64,000 nt of DNA, from assembly GCA_051892935.1 (NCBI GenBank), contig JBJFGS010000025.1, positions 32,001 through 96,000 of the forward strand. The letters run 5' to 3'. The notes under the pieces are model-generated. The model was not told the origin of the DNA, ran no database searches, and saw only the letters and a list, made by a program, of their open reading frames with translations. The translations under genes were made by a program, and so were the position numbers. This stretch comes from Candidatus Coprovivens sp. (GTDB lineage Bacteria > Bacillota_I > Bacilli_A > RF39 > UBA660). This document shows positions 1 through 10,326 of the stretch, one piece after another; position 1 is the first letter of the stretch; each line of letters opens with the position of its first letter.

Positions 1-1473
1 ACACTACCGGAGGAATGCTCTTTCCAAATAGAATCACATGATATAGAAAGAATAAAAAGAAATTATCATAAACAAAATAATTCATCTTTTATAAAAAGAT
101 TATTGCCTATATCAAAAAAAGAACTAATAAAAATAGCAAGAAACGAAAAATTGTCCAAACTATTATCTGAAAAACGAAGAATAGAACAAGAATTAACAAA
201 ACTAAAAGAAGTAAGAAATTCCATCACAAAATGTCAAAATAATGAAAAAATTTCCGATCCATCAGAAACAATTAAAAGACTATTTGCGTACTCATTAAAA
301 TCTTCAATAACAAGTAGAGAGCTATCAAAATTGTTAATTTTTATTCTAAAACATACCAAAAGCGATGAAAAAGAAGAGAACAAATTAATAAATCAAATAT
401 CATCTTTTTATAATGAAGATAACTATCTTGAAAGAAAAGATTCATATAGTGCACTAAAATTATTATATGAAAAATTATTTATGTTAATTTTCTCTAAAGA
501 TGAAGAAATATATTGTCAAATACCAATAAGAGAGATAATGGCAAATTTAAAAGTAGAAGCAACAAAAGAACCAAATACAAAAGAAGAACTTATAAAAGAA
601 AGAGAAAGTCTTAACAGACTTCGCTACTATATTGAAAACAATAGAATAATTAAAACAACAAAAACAATCGAAGAATTTAAAATCCTTCTAAAAGATGCTC
701 ATATTGATGAAAATACTTCAAGAGAACTAATAATAAAAATGCAAGAAGAAATCAAACGCCAAACAAGAATAAATTCTGAAATTGAAAAGAATCCTGAAGT
801 AAAAGAATACCTAAGTAGTGAAGAATTACTATATATTATAAGAGCAATAGAATTAGAATCAATAGTAGAAGGAAATATCAAATCTCTAATAAGTCGAACT
901 AAAAATGATGTCATTTCATCATGCAAATACATAAAATTAGTAGAAGGTACAAATGAATTCCATCCTGCTACAGAAATACTATCAAAAAGAATAGAGATTT
1001 TAGTAGAATTAATTACTAGTCTCGAAACTCCAACAAACGAACAAAATACTTTTTATTACCTTATTGATTCTGAACAAATGCCACTTGTCTTAAGAACAAT
1101 CGAAACAATAGATGTAACAGAATATAGTAATATATACGAACTACTAAAATTATTAGCAAGTCGTAAAGAAAAAGGAAAACTGATAAAGAATATAAACGGA
1201 ATCAATATATTTTCAATAGAAAGAGAAGGTTATTCCCTAGATTATACTATATCAAATAAAGACATTATAGTAATAAATATTCATAGCAAAGAACAAGAAA
1301 AACAAGATTTTCATTTAAGCAAAAAAGCTCTTTCAAATCTAAATGAACTAATCAACCAAGAAAAAACAAAAGAAATAAGAAGATTACATTCATATTATGA
1401 AAAGATGCTTTCAAAAGCAATAGATGTAGATTTAAATATCAAAACATTAAAACTAGCAAAGAAAGATAATTAA
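1..1473 (+). CDS. Large helical hypothetical protein, 5'-truncated by the window edge; possible degenerate RelE/ParE-like domain near the C-terminus
   Basis: Frame is open from position 1 through the listed 103..1473 ORF; followed by a terminator hairpin. Confidence 0.75.
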   Translation, partial: TLPEECSFQIESHDIERIKRNYHKQNNSSFIKRLLPISKKELIKIARNEKLSKLLSEKRRIEQELTKLKEVRNSITKCQNNEKISDPSETIKRLFAYSLKSSITSRELSKLLIFILKHTKSDEKEENKLINQISSFYNEDNYLERKDSYSALKLLYEKLFMLIFSKDEEIYCQIPIREIMANLKVEATKEPNTKEELIKERESLNRLRYYIENNRIIKTTKTIEEFKILLKDAHIDENTSRELIIKMQEEIKRQTRINSEIEKNPEVKEYLSSEELLYIIRAIELESIVEGNIKSLISRTKNDVISSCKYIKLVEGTNEFHPATEILSKRIEILVELITSLETPTNEQNTFYYLIDSEQMPLVLRTIETIDVTEYSNIYELLKLLASRKEKGKLIKNINGINIFSIEREGYSLDYTISNKDIIVINIHSKEQEKQDFHLSKKALSNLNELINQEKTKEIRRLHSYYEKMLSKAIDVDLNIKTLKLAKKDN

Positions 1474-1490
1474 AAGTATCTTTCTTTTTT
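1461..1490 (+). terminator. Intrinsic terminator
   Basis: gaaagata/tatctttc stem followed by a T run. Confidence 0.7.
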
Positions 1491-1949
1491 AAATACTTTT
1501 TGCCCTTAATTCTTAAATCTTCAAGAAAATCAAAAAAAATTATTAAAAAAATCTTTATTATCATTATGATAACTTATTTCAAACTTTACAATAATGTCAT
1601 TAAGTTCTAGGTCTTATTTCATGATGATTAATATCTAGTTCAAAATAATTCTAAAGTTAATATATTTCTTTAATTTTAACTATATTTCAAATTTATAAGC
1701 ACAAGCTAATCATACCAAAATATGAATATTTATCTTGATATTTTATCAATACTTACATATTGATAAAACCTTTATCATATAAAATATTTATACTTTTGAT
1801 AAACTACAGCGATAAATATAATATAGATTTTTATTTAATTCAAATCTCTTAGGATATTATATCTTTATACAATTAAATTTAAAATATATAACAAAAAATG
1901 TACTTTTAGCGGAATAAATGATATAATTTCAACAGATAGTAGGTGAGTT

Positions 1950-3998
1950 ATGCACAAAGAAACAGAATATGAAAAACTTTTAAGAGAAGGATATATTGAA
2001 GAAGGAACATTAGTAATCCATGTTGATGATTTATCAAAAATGGAAATTTCTGAACATGTTCATGAAGAAATGAAACAAGAAGGAGTAAAAGGCGAGCGTA
2101 AAGACAAATCAGTCGTTTTGGTTGATAATCAAGGCCGTAGAAAACGTGTAAGCCATCTTGCGTTCGGATATAATAAGCAAGGTGTTCAATTAAAAGATGG
2201 TAGTTTTATGAGAGCTGATGAACTATTAGCTGCCATGGAAGAAGCTGTTACTAAATTAGAACCCGGAACATTTGTGGTAGATCGCAAGGGAAGATTTTCC
2301 TCTCCTGAAGAACTATTGCAAGTAGTAATTCGAGCAGCCGGTAAAATTGTTATAGGAAAAGTTCCAGAAGGAATTAGAAATCATGGACGTCTAGTAGCGG
2401 TAGTAGGTGCTAATAGTGATGAGGTTCATAAAAAAGGAACAATGGTAATAGGTTCTAAAGAATTCGATATTAGTGAAGGAGATTATGTAAACTTAGATGA
2501 GTTTTTAGATGCTCTCGATGATTATGTAATTATGACACCAAAAAAAGAACCAGTTCCACCAGTACCACCAGTCACACCTCCAGAGAAAGAACAGGATAAA
2601 CCAATAGTGGTTAGAGTTGTTAGAAAATACAAGAATAAATTAACTGCTTGGTTAATCCTATTAGCGATGATTTCAACATTTTTAAGTGGCTTTAGAATTA
2701 ATGATAGAACAAGAATAGAAGAAGTTCCAATAGAAGTCCAAGAACAAATTATCCAAATGATTGAAAGAGACGATTTATTTTACCAAATCGAAGGTATGGA
2801 ATATGAAGATGTATTAGAAACATTAGAAGAAAGTGCCAAAAGATTCGTATCAGAATTAAGTACAGGTGATACGTTAGAACTTCGCGATGGTGATGAACTA
2901 TATGAGAATAGTGGACTTGGCGGTAGAAAAGTTGTAATTGGCCAAGGAATTAGACAAGCTGGTGACTATGAGATTACCGGGGTATCAATTGTTTATGAAG
3001 GAAAAATATATGCTTGGAATGTTGACTTAGCTGGTTCAAAACCAAGTGTTCAAATTGGCGATTTTATTAATTCAACAGTAGCCGAAAATAATCTAGATTA
3101 TGATAAAATAGAAGTTAGATTACATTTTGGTGGAACTAAAGATAATACTCAAACTGGATGGATTGATATTTCTGAACTTATTAAAGAAGATATGGTTGAA
3201 CAACAAGTTATAGACCAAGTAGCAGTAAAAGGAAGTACCTATGATGGAACTGTTAATGACTTTAAAGGTTCTACAATTACAATTGACACATTAGATGGCC
3301 CAGTAACAATTACAGTTGTAGATGAAAATGGCAATTTATTGCAACCAGGTACAAAGGTAATTGGTAGTGACGGAAAAGAATACATTATTTCAGATTTAAA
3401 TATTGAGAATTATACTACTGAAGAAACAGTAACAATAACTGAAACAAAAACGGTTGAACAAGAAGTCGTTGATGGTAAGAAACTTACTTGGCGAATTCAA
3501 GATTGTAACTTTGCTTTAGCCATTGCTCCATTATTAGGAGCTTTAGCTGCACACATGGCAACTAAAAAGAAAAATGATGAAGCAGAACAAAATCCAGATT
3601 TCTTTGAGTTTGAAAACGAAGAAGAATATCAACAATTTAAAAAAGAATTTTTAGAAGCACGAGAAAAATATGAGAAAACATCAGGATTTAGAAAAATGTT
3701 AAAAAATGTATTTTATCGTAGGGAAATTGATATATTACAACGATTAACAGAAGAACAAATACAAAAATTATATGCTGCAATTAGAAATTGGCATGATGGT
3801 GACTATAGTTATAATCCTAGTGATAAAATAGTATTTAAAAATGGTAAAATTTTAGTTATCTTTAAAGATGGAAGGACACAAGATATCACCGATATTGTAA
3901 TGCCAGCAATTGCTTCAATAGGAAGTGAAAATAAACCAGAAACTGAAGGTTTATTGGAAGAGATGGAGGAACAAAAAGATGGAATTCATCGAAGATAG
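1950..3998 (+). CDS. Acidic membrane-anchored hypothetical protein (Pro-rich linker, two predicted TM segments)
   Basis: 682-aa ORF; RBS aggtga; PVPPVPPVTPP linker; hydrophobic segments LTAWLILLAMISTFL and FALAIAPLLGALAA. Confidence 0.8.
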   Translation: MHKETEYEKLLREGYIEEGTLVIHVDDLSKMEISEHVHEEMKQEGVKGERKDKSVVLVDNQGRRKRVSHLAFGYNKQGVQLKDGSFMRADELLAAMEEAVTKLEPGTFVVDRKGRFSSPEELLQVVIRAAGKIVIGKVPEGIRNHGRLVAVVGANSDEVHKKGTMVIGSKEFDISEGDYVNLDEFLDALDDYVIMTPKKEPVPPVPPVTPPEKEQDKPIVVRVVRKYKNKLTAWLILLAMISTFLSGFRINDRTRIEEVPIEVQEQIIQMIERDDLFYQIEGMEYEDVLETLEESAKRFVSELSTGDTLELRDGDELYENSGLGGRKVVIGQGIRQAGDYEITGVSIVYEGKIYAWNVDLAGSKPSVQIGDFINSTVAENNLDYDKIEVRLHFGGTKDNTQTGWIDISELIKEDMVEQQVIDQVAVKGSTYDGTVNDFKGSTITIDTLDGPVTITVVDENGNLLQPGTKVIGSDGKEYIISDLNIENYTTEETVTITETKTVEQEVVDGKKLTWRIQDCNFALAIAPLLGALAAHMATKKKNDEAEQNPDFFEFENEEEYQQFKKEFLEAREKYEKTSGFRKMLKNVFYRREIDILQRLTEEQIQKLYAAIRNWHDGDYSYNPSDKIVFKNGKILVIFKDGRTQDITDIVMPAIASIGSENKPETEGLLEEMEEQKDGIHRR

Positions 3999-4272
3999 TA
4001 ATTTTGATGACTATATTAATAAATATAAAAATCTGTCATTGAAGGAAAAAAAAGAGTTAGTAGAACAACAAATAGAAGAATTATTAGTTGTATTAAAGGC
4101 ATTAAATGAACAATGTGGTAAAAAACCTAAAATACTATTTAATCGTGAAATATTAGATCTAAAAAGAGAAGGTGCAACTGAGGATGATTTTGTTGAAGCT
4201 ATGTTTGTGTATTCTTATTCAATTAAAGAGTTATTAGCATCTTTTGTAGAAAGTGTAAATATTAGGAGGTAA
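3979..4272 (+). CDS. Hypothetical protein (97 aa)
   Basis: ggagga RBS before ATG 3979 (MEFIEDS...); overlaps the upstream stop. Confidence 0.7.
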   Translation: MEFIEDSNFDDYINKYKNLSLKEKKELVEQQIEELLVVLKALNEQCGKKPKILFNREILDLKREGATEDDFVEAMFVYSYSIKELLASFVESVNIRR

Positions 4273-4274
4273 AA

Positions 4275-4514
4275 ATGGAAAAATTAGAATTTGGAGAAAC
4301 AGCTGTTTTAGAAAACGGAAAAGAATATGTTTGTTTTGCAAATTTAGAGGAAAATGGTGTTGATTATGTATACTTAGTTAGTAATTTTAAACCACTAGAG
4401 GTAAGATTTGCTAAGCAAGTAATGAATGGAGAAGAATTATTGTTAGAGATTGTTCAAGATCAAGCATTGAAAGAACATTTATTAGAACTATTTAAAGCTA
4501 AAATGGGAAAATAA
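4275..4514 (+). CDS. Small acidic DUF1292-like protein
   Basis: aggagg RBS; LENGKEY..F...EENGVDYVYL pattern resembles DUF1292-type proteins. Confidence 0.6.
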   Translation: MEKLEFGETAVLENGKEYVCFANLEENGVDYVYLVSNFKPLEVRFAKQVMNGEELLLEIVQDQALKEHLLELFKAKMGK

Positions 4515-4729
4515 GAAGTTGTATAAACTTCTTTTTTTTGTCCTTCTCAACAATGTGAAACAAAATTAATAAAAATTAATTCAGTATAATTTAAACCACT
4601 TTTTTATATAGAATTATTTCCTATCAATTGAATCATTACAATTAAAAGTATCTTTCTTTTTAAATTTTATTGAAAAAAAAACTAATATTAGATATAATAA
4701 AAAAGTAATATAGTATAGGAGGCTTATAT

Positions 4730-5125
4730 ATGGCATTTAGTATAAAGAATATCTTTGTTTCTGATGAAGAAGATGAAAGAATAGAGGGAGCTGAAGAAGA
4801 ATTTTATAATTCTGAAGCATCAAACATTGAAACTTCAAATAATAAAATGATTCTTTTAGAGCCAAGAGCATATTCTGAATCTCAACAAATAGCTGACCAT
4901 TTAAAAAATAGAAATAGTGTCGTTGTTAATTTAAAAAGAGTAACATCAGATCAAGCCAAAAGAATAATAGATTTCTTAAGTGGATGCATTTACGCTATTG
5001 GTGGAACAATGCAAAAAATAGGTGTTGGTATCTATCTTTGTACTCCAAAAAATGTAAATGTTCAAGGCAAAATAAGCGAAGATAACAAAGATACGGACAA
5101 ATCAGAAGAAAATCCAGAATGGTAA
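4730..5125 (+). CDS. sepF: Cell division protein SepF
   Basis: EPRAYSE...IADHLK...VVVNL...[15 protein letters not shown]...K.G..IYLCTP motif. Confidence 0.95.
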   Translation: MAFSIKNIFVSDEEDERIEGAEEEFYNSEASNIETSNNKMILLEPRAYSESQQIADHLKNRNSVVVNLKRVTSDQAKRIIDFLSGCIYAIGGTMQKIGVGIYLCTPKNVNVQGKISEDNKDTDKSEENPEW

Positions 5126-5157
5126 TATTATTATTTTCTTAAGTAAGAAGGTGAATC

Positions 5158-5589
5158 ATGCGACAATTTAATACAAGTCAAAACGGCTACAATAAAGAAG
5201 AAATTAATAATTTTGTTGCAGAAGTAACAAAAGAATACGAATTAATGTTAAATAAATTAAAATCCCGTGATCACGAAATAGCTATTCTAAAAGAAAAACT
5301 AGAACACTATAAAGACTTAGAAACAACATTAAATAAAGCAGTTTTAATTGCCGAAGATTCATCAAATCAAATTAAGAAAATTGCCCGCGACGAAGCAAAA
5401 TTAATAATAGCTGATGCCAAAAAAAATGCATCACATATAATTAACGATGCATTATTAAAAGCAGAGAAAACCGAAATTGAAGCAGATCAATTAAGAAGAA
5501 GTCTTAAAATATATAAAGCACGTATAAAACAAACAATAGAAGAACAATTATCAATGGTAGATGATGTTGATAATATAACTGAATCATAA
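5158..5589 (+). CDS. divIVA: DivIVA
   Basis: F.....GYNKEEINNFV N-terminal DivIVA motif plus coiled coil; follows sepF. Confidence 0.9.
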   Translation: MRQFNTSQNGYNKEEINNFVAEVTKEYELMLNKLKSRDHEIAILKEKLEHYKDLETTLNKAVLIAEDSSNQIKKIARDEAKLIIADAKKNASHIINDALLKAEKTEIEADQLRRSLKIYKARIKQTIEEQLSMVDDVDNITES

Positions 5590-5594
5590 AAGGA

Positions 5595-6296
5595 CTATAA
5601 GTCCTTTTTATTATGTTTATAAAACTCTTTATATAATTTTAATAAAGCTCTCTTTTCTAATCTAGAAACATAACTTCTAGATATATTCATCATCGAAGAT
5701 ATTTCCTTTTGCGTATATATATCACTATCAAATAAACCATACCTTAAAGTCAATATCTTTCTTTCTCTTTCATTAAGTATATCTAAATACTTTAAAAGCA
5801 ATTGTATATTATTATTCCTATGTATTACCGAAGCAAAATCTTCTTCATCACTAGGTATAACATCAATTAAATATATTTCATTACCATCTTTATCTATTCC
5901 TAAAGTATCATTTAAACTAACATCATTTCCCCGCCTTTTATTAGCTCTAAAATACATTAAAATTTCATTTTCAGCACATTTTGCTATATAAGTAGTAATC
6001 CTAATATTCTTATTAGGATTATAACTATCTATCCCTTTAATTAAACCAATCGTTCCAATACTAATTAAATCATCAGTAGAAACATCCTTATCTTCATATT
6101 TTTTTACAAGATGAGCTACTAATCTCAAATTATGTTCTATTAAAGTATTACGAGCCTCCTTATCTCCGTTCATCATTTTTAATATGCATAAATTTTCTTC
6201 TTTCTTAGAAAGAGGAGGTGGAAAAATGTTAACAGAATAACTACCTGTAAAAAAAGATAACCCCTTTAAAAGATTCAAAATCTTTAAAAACATCAA
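5595..6296 (-). CDS. sigK: Sporulation sigma factor (pro-)SigK, uninterrupted
   Basis: FPPPLS..EE, LIEHNLRLVAH..KKY, DDLISIGTIGLIK, ENEILMYFR, TQKEI...ISRSYVSRLEKRAL; N-terminal pro-sequence. Confidence 0.9.
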   Translation of the reverse strand: MMFLKILNLLKGLSFFTGSYSVNIFPPPLSKKEENLCILKMMNGDKEARNTLIEHNLRLVAHLVKKYEDKDVSTDDLISIGTIGLIKGIDSYNPNKNIRITTYIAKCAENEILMYFRANKRRGNDVSLNDTLGIDKDGNEIYLIDVIPSDEEDFASVIHRNNNIQLLLKYLDILNERERKILTLRYGLFDSDIYTQKEISSMMNISRSYVSRLEKRALLKLYKEFYKHNKKDL

Positions 6297-6362
6297 ATCA
6301 CCTAATAAATTATATTTAAAAGAAGTATTAAAAATGATATAATTTAAAAGGGATTTGATATA

Positions 6363-7253
6363 ATGAAAAAAATAAAAATATTATTAATATTACTTGTAGC
6401 ATTCTTCTTATGCTCATGTAACAAAAAAGAATACAAATTAATAGAGATAACCGGCGAAGAATTAGTTGAAAATTTAATAGTTAAACAAAATAATTTTATA
6501 TTTGCGATAATAGATTCATCAGAATCTGATTATGAAAATTTTTTTAAAGATTTAAATTCAATAGTAAAAAGTGCTAATATAAATATTTATTATGTAGATT
6601 ATCTTCATCTATCCAACGAGGCAGCTACAACATTATTCAATTACTATACAACAGATTTTACAACAAATGGTATCTTTGTTAATCAAAATAAATCATTAGT
6701 TGTTGCAGCAGAATATACAGATTTTAAAACAGCATACAGTTTAGTAAAAGATAAAGCATTTACTAATGAAGTATATTTTGTAGATGATAGTATAAAAAAA
6801 GAATACATTAAAGAAGCAAAAGAATTAATGGAAGAAAATAAAATAAGTGAAGCTCATGATAAACTAAATAAAGCATGGAATTTAAAAGAAGCCAAAGATG
6901 AGTATAATAGTAATAAATACTATAACTTAATAAATGCTTGGGAAAGAATAGAATATACTACCTCAATTCCAGAAAAAACAAAATATACATCAATTATTTT
7001 CTTTACAAATACAAATTATTATGCAGTTCAAAAAACAGAAGCATCATCTGAAGAATTTACAATACCTACAACTTTAGATGATTTTGAAACAATTTATTAT
7101 AAAGTAAAAGATGATATAATATATACAAGTAATAGAGAAAAAGGATATTACGAAAAAACTTATAAAATAAATGATATAAGTGACAAATATTTCCAATTAA
7201 CAGATATAAAAAACAATAAAAAAATGACCTTTACAAGGAGAAAAAATGTATGA
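6363..7253 (+). CDS. Lipoprotein with a possible thioredoxin-like N-domain
   Basis: Signal peptide with lipobox LCSC. Confidence 0.7.
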   Translation: MKKIKILLILLVAFFLCSCNKKEYKLIEITGEELVENLIVKQNNFIFAIIDSSESDYENFFKDLNSIVKSANINIYYVDYLHLSNEAATTLFNYYTTDFTTNGIFVNQNKSLVVAAEYTDFKTAYSLVKDKAFTNEVYFVDDSIKKEYIKEAKELMEENKISEAHDKLNKAWNLKEAKDEYNSNKYYNLINAWERIEYTTSIPEKTKYTSIIFFTNTNYYAVQKTEASSEEFTIPTTLDDFETIYYKVKDDIIYTSNREKGYYEKTYKINDISDKYFQLTDIKNNKKMTFTRRKNV

Positions 7254-7888
7254 AAAAGAAAAACATTATAATAGCATTAGCAATAATTACAATAGCACTA
7301 ATTATTATAGGTATTGTTATGTATAACAATAATATAAAAAAATATCAAGGATATTGGTGTAAATACAACGAAATATCTACAATAGTAGTTCTTTTAGAAA
7401 AAAACAATAAAGAATCAGAACGCAATAAAATAGAAGCTAAAATAGAAACATTCTCAAATGTTACAAGTGTTGAGTTCATATCACGAGAAGACTATGCCTC
7501 AGATTTTGGGATAGATCCATCAGAAATAGACATTTATGATACATATCGAATTTCATTAAATAGTCTAGACTCAATAGGTACATACATCGAAGAATTATCA
7601 AATCTAAATGGTGTTTTAAGAGCAGAACAAAACTATGCAAAAGCTAATCTATCTTTATTTAATATAAAACCTTGGGGAAAATATACATTCACAGATTCTG
7701 ATGAAGCAACAACAGAAGAATTAGAATATGGAAAATACCAAATGAAAAAAGGCGTTCTAACATTTAAACCAGAATCAAGTAAAGGTGAAACAAAACTATT
7801 ATATACTAAGGATGGCTACTTATGTGGAGATGCCGCTTGTACACAAATATATTCAAGAAGTAATTCTACATGTACAACTATTGAATAA
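7250..7888 (+). CDS. Membrane-anchored protein with an FtsX extracellular-domain-like insert
   Basis: N-terminal TM; VVLLEK...IEAKIETFSNVTSVEFISREDY resembles the FtsX ECD. Confidence 0.55.
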   Translation: MKKKNIIIALAIITIALIIIGIVMYNNNIKKYQGYWCKYNEISTIVVLLEKNNKESERNKIEAKIETFSNVTSVEFISREDYASDFGIDPSEIDIYDTYRISLNSLDSIGTYIEELSNLNGVLRAEQNYAKANLSLFNIKPWGKYTFTDSDEATTEELEYGKYQMKKGVLTFKPESSKGETKLLYTKDGYLCGDAACTQIYSRSNSTCTTIE

Positions 7889-7958
7889 AAACCAAATATT
7901 TGGTTTTTTATTTTCCTAAAATAAACTAAATAAGTTATAATATAAAAGAGGTTATTTT

Positions 7959-8474
7959 ATGAATAAAAATTATAAACCCAATATCTATATAAAAGACATC
8001 TATAGCATAAATTACAACAAACTTTTAAATAAAAATATTAATATATTACTATTCGATATAGATAACACAATTGGAGATTCAAAAGAAAAATTACCAAGTA
8101 TAAAAGCAATTAAACTATTTGAAGAGTTAAGAAATAAAGGCTTCACAATTTTCATCTTGTCAAACGCCTTAAAAGGTCGAGCAACAAAATATGGAAATCT
8201 ACTAAAAGCCAAAACATATTACTTTTCAGCTAAACCTCTTAAAAGGCAATACAAAAGAATAATAAAAGAAAATAATTTAAATAGCAAAAATATTGCTGCT
8301 ATCGGTGACCAAATATATACAGATATAAAAGGAGCAAACAACATGAATATTACAAGTATTTTAGTTGATCCTATATCTAAAAACGAATCAATAATTACAA
8401 AGATTAATCGTCTAAGAGAAAATAAATTAATAAAAAAATACCATATAATAGAAAGAGGAAACTACTATGAATAA
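7959..8474 (+). CDS. yqeG: HAD IIIA phosphatase YqeG
   Basis: FDIDNT, LSN, AKP and IGDQIYTDI.GAN motifs; precedes yqeH. Confidence 0.92.
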   Translation: MNKNYKPNIYIKDIYSINYNKLLNKNINILLFDIDNTIGDSKEKLPSIKAIKLFEELRNKGFTIFILSNALKGRATKYGNLLKAKTYYFSAKPLKRQYKRIIKENNLNSKNIAAIGDQIYTDIKGANNMNITSILVDPISKNESIITKINRLRENKLIKKYHIIERGNYYE

Positions 8475-9453
8475 AAAATGTATAGGATGTGGCTCAATCC
8501 TCCAAACAGAAAACCCAAAAGAAAAAGGTTATATAATAAAAGATAAAATAAAAGATTCAAAGTATTGTGAAAGATGTTTTAAAATAATACACTACAATGA
8601 AAAAATCATAACAGACTTAGAAAATATTAACGATTATATAATAAAAGAAGTAAACAAAAAAGCTAAATATGTTTATTTTCTAGTAGATTTTCTAAATATA
8701 AATAAAGAAACAATCAACGTATTTAAAAAAATAAAAGTACCCAAGTCATTAATAATAAGTAAACTAGATATAATACCTAAATCAATTAAAAAAAATAAAA
8801 TAACAACTTGGTTAAAAGAAGAATATGGTATCAAAGAAGAAATACTATTCCAAAGTTCTAAAAAAAATATAAATACTAAATCTTTATTAGCAAATTTAGA
8901 ATCTAAAAATATTAAAGAAGTCTATATTCTAGGATTTACAAACGCTGGTAAATCAACATTAATAAATAATTTAACTAGTGCAACAAACGAAAATAAAATA
9001 ACTACTAGTTCAATACCAAATACAACAATAGATTTTATTAATATAAAACTAGACAATATTACTATCATAGATTCTCCAGGGTTCACAAGCAATAACACCT
9101 TTTATGAACCTAATGAATTTGATTTAATAAAAAGAATAATGCCCCGTACATTTTTAAAACCAATTACATATCAAGTTAAACCAATATCATCAATTCTTAT
9201 CGAAGATAAATTAAGAATAACATCATCCATAAATAATAGTTTAACATTCTATATAAGCAATGATATTAAAGTTAATAGAGTTTTTAATAATAACAAAGAC
9301 TTATTAGGTTTAGAAAAAATAACTATTGAAGTACCAAATAACTCTGATTTAGTAATTAAATCACTTGGATTTATAAATGTTAAAAAAGCTTGTAAAATAA
9401 CGATTAATACTTCTAAAAAAGACTTAATAGAAGTAAGAAAATCACTATTCTAG
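8467..9453 (+). CDS. yqeH: Ribosome biogenesis GTPase YqeH
   Basis: CIGCG...CERCF Zn finger; circularly permuted G motifs SKLD, GFTNAGKST, DSPG. Confidence 0.92.
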   Translation: MNKKCIGCGSILQTENPKEKGYIIKDKIKDSKYCERCFKIIHYNEKIITDLENINDYIIKEVNKKAKYVYFLVDFLNINKETINVFKKIKVPKSLIISKLDIIPKSIKKNKITTWLKEEYGIKEEILFQSSKKNINTKSLLANLESKNIKEVYILGFTNAGKSTLINNLTSATNENKITTSSIPNTTIDFINIKLDNITIIDSPGFTSNNTFYEPNEFDLIKRIMPRTFLKPITYQVKPISSILIEDKLRITSSINNSLTFYISNDIKVNRVFNNNKDLLGLEKITIEVPNNSDLVIKSLGFINVKKACKITINTSKKDLIEVRKSLF

Positions 9454-9468
9454 AAAGGAAGTAGCAAC

Positions 9469-10317
9469 ATGGAAGAATTCCAAATCGCATCAACACTATT
9501 TTGGGAGGCTTTAATAACTATCCCTATATCATTATGTGTCTTTTTTCCTATAGCTAATATAATAAATAAAGGAAAGAAAAATCAAATATTTTGTATCTTA
9601 TTTATAATAAGAATAATATACCTAATAATAGGGAATATAACACTAGGTGGAATAATGGCCATTATAGATATAATGTCAGTGTTCTTTGGACTATTAATTT
9701 TAATTCCTGCCTTGGGGTGGATAAAATATACTTTTCCAAGTAGAGAATCTGCATACAAAGAATATAATGAAGTATCTGAAATTGAACTATCAAATCATGG
9801 TATTGAAGATAGACATCTTCTAGAACAAAAACTATTAAAACTATATCAAGACTATGAAAATGCTCGCAATAATTATGACAAAACAACTTTAAAAAAAATA
9901 TGTACAGAAAAACAATATAACGAAACAATATCTAATCTAGATTTATATAGTGAAGTAAACCAAAGAAAATACAATATAATAAATGAAATAATCGATGTTA
10001 AGACAGTTGATGTATCTCATTCACTAATATATACAACCATAACACTTTTAATTAAAGTATCGATGAACTCTTATGTTGAAGATAGTATAGGTAAAATAGT
10101 AAAAGGCAAAAAAAATAGAAAAATAATAAAAAAACAACGCTTAAAATTTATTAAAAAAATAACTAAGTCTTCCACCATAACAAATAAAAAATGTGATAGT
10201 TGTGGAGCACCTATAAAAGAAAATGATTTGGAGTGCACATATTGTGGCCTAAGTACTGGCCATACAGTTAGAAGCAAAGATTGGTTAATAGAAGATATTG
10301 ATCAATTAGTAAAGTAG
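9469..10317 (+). CDS. Membrane protein with a Tim44-like domain and C-terminal Zn ribbon
   Basis: Three N-terminal TMs; CDSCGAP...CTYCG; WLIEDI terminus. Confidence 0.7.
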   Translation: MEEFQIASTLFWEALITIPISLCVFFPIANIINKGKKNQIFCILFIIRIIYLIIGNITLGGIMAIIDIMSVFFGLLILIPALGWIKYTFPSRESAYKEYNEVSEIELSNHGIEDRHLLEQKLLKLYQDYENARNNYDKTTLKKICTEKQYNETISNLDLYSEVNQRKYNIINEIIDVKTVDVSHSLIYTTITLLIKVSMNSYVEDSIGKIVKGKKNRKIIKKQRLKFIKKITKSSTITNKKCDSCGAPIKENDLECTYCGLSTGHTVRSKDWLIEDIDQLVK

Positions 10318-10326
10318 GGGACAATA

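Larger units (their letters stand above)
1468..4661. mobile_element. Putative inserted 3-gene block flanked by 22-bp direct repeats
   Basis: aattaaaagtatctttcttttt at 1468-1489 and 4640-4661; enclosed genes have G/T-rich third codon positions, unlike neighbouring + strand genes. Confidence 0.55.

Noticed and set aside
1735-1770. Palindromes ttgata/tatcaa in the AT-rich intergenic region
   Set aside because: Expected by chance at this AT content; no independent support
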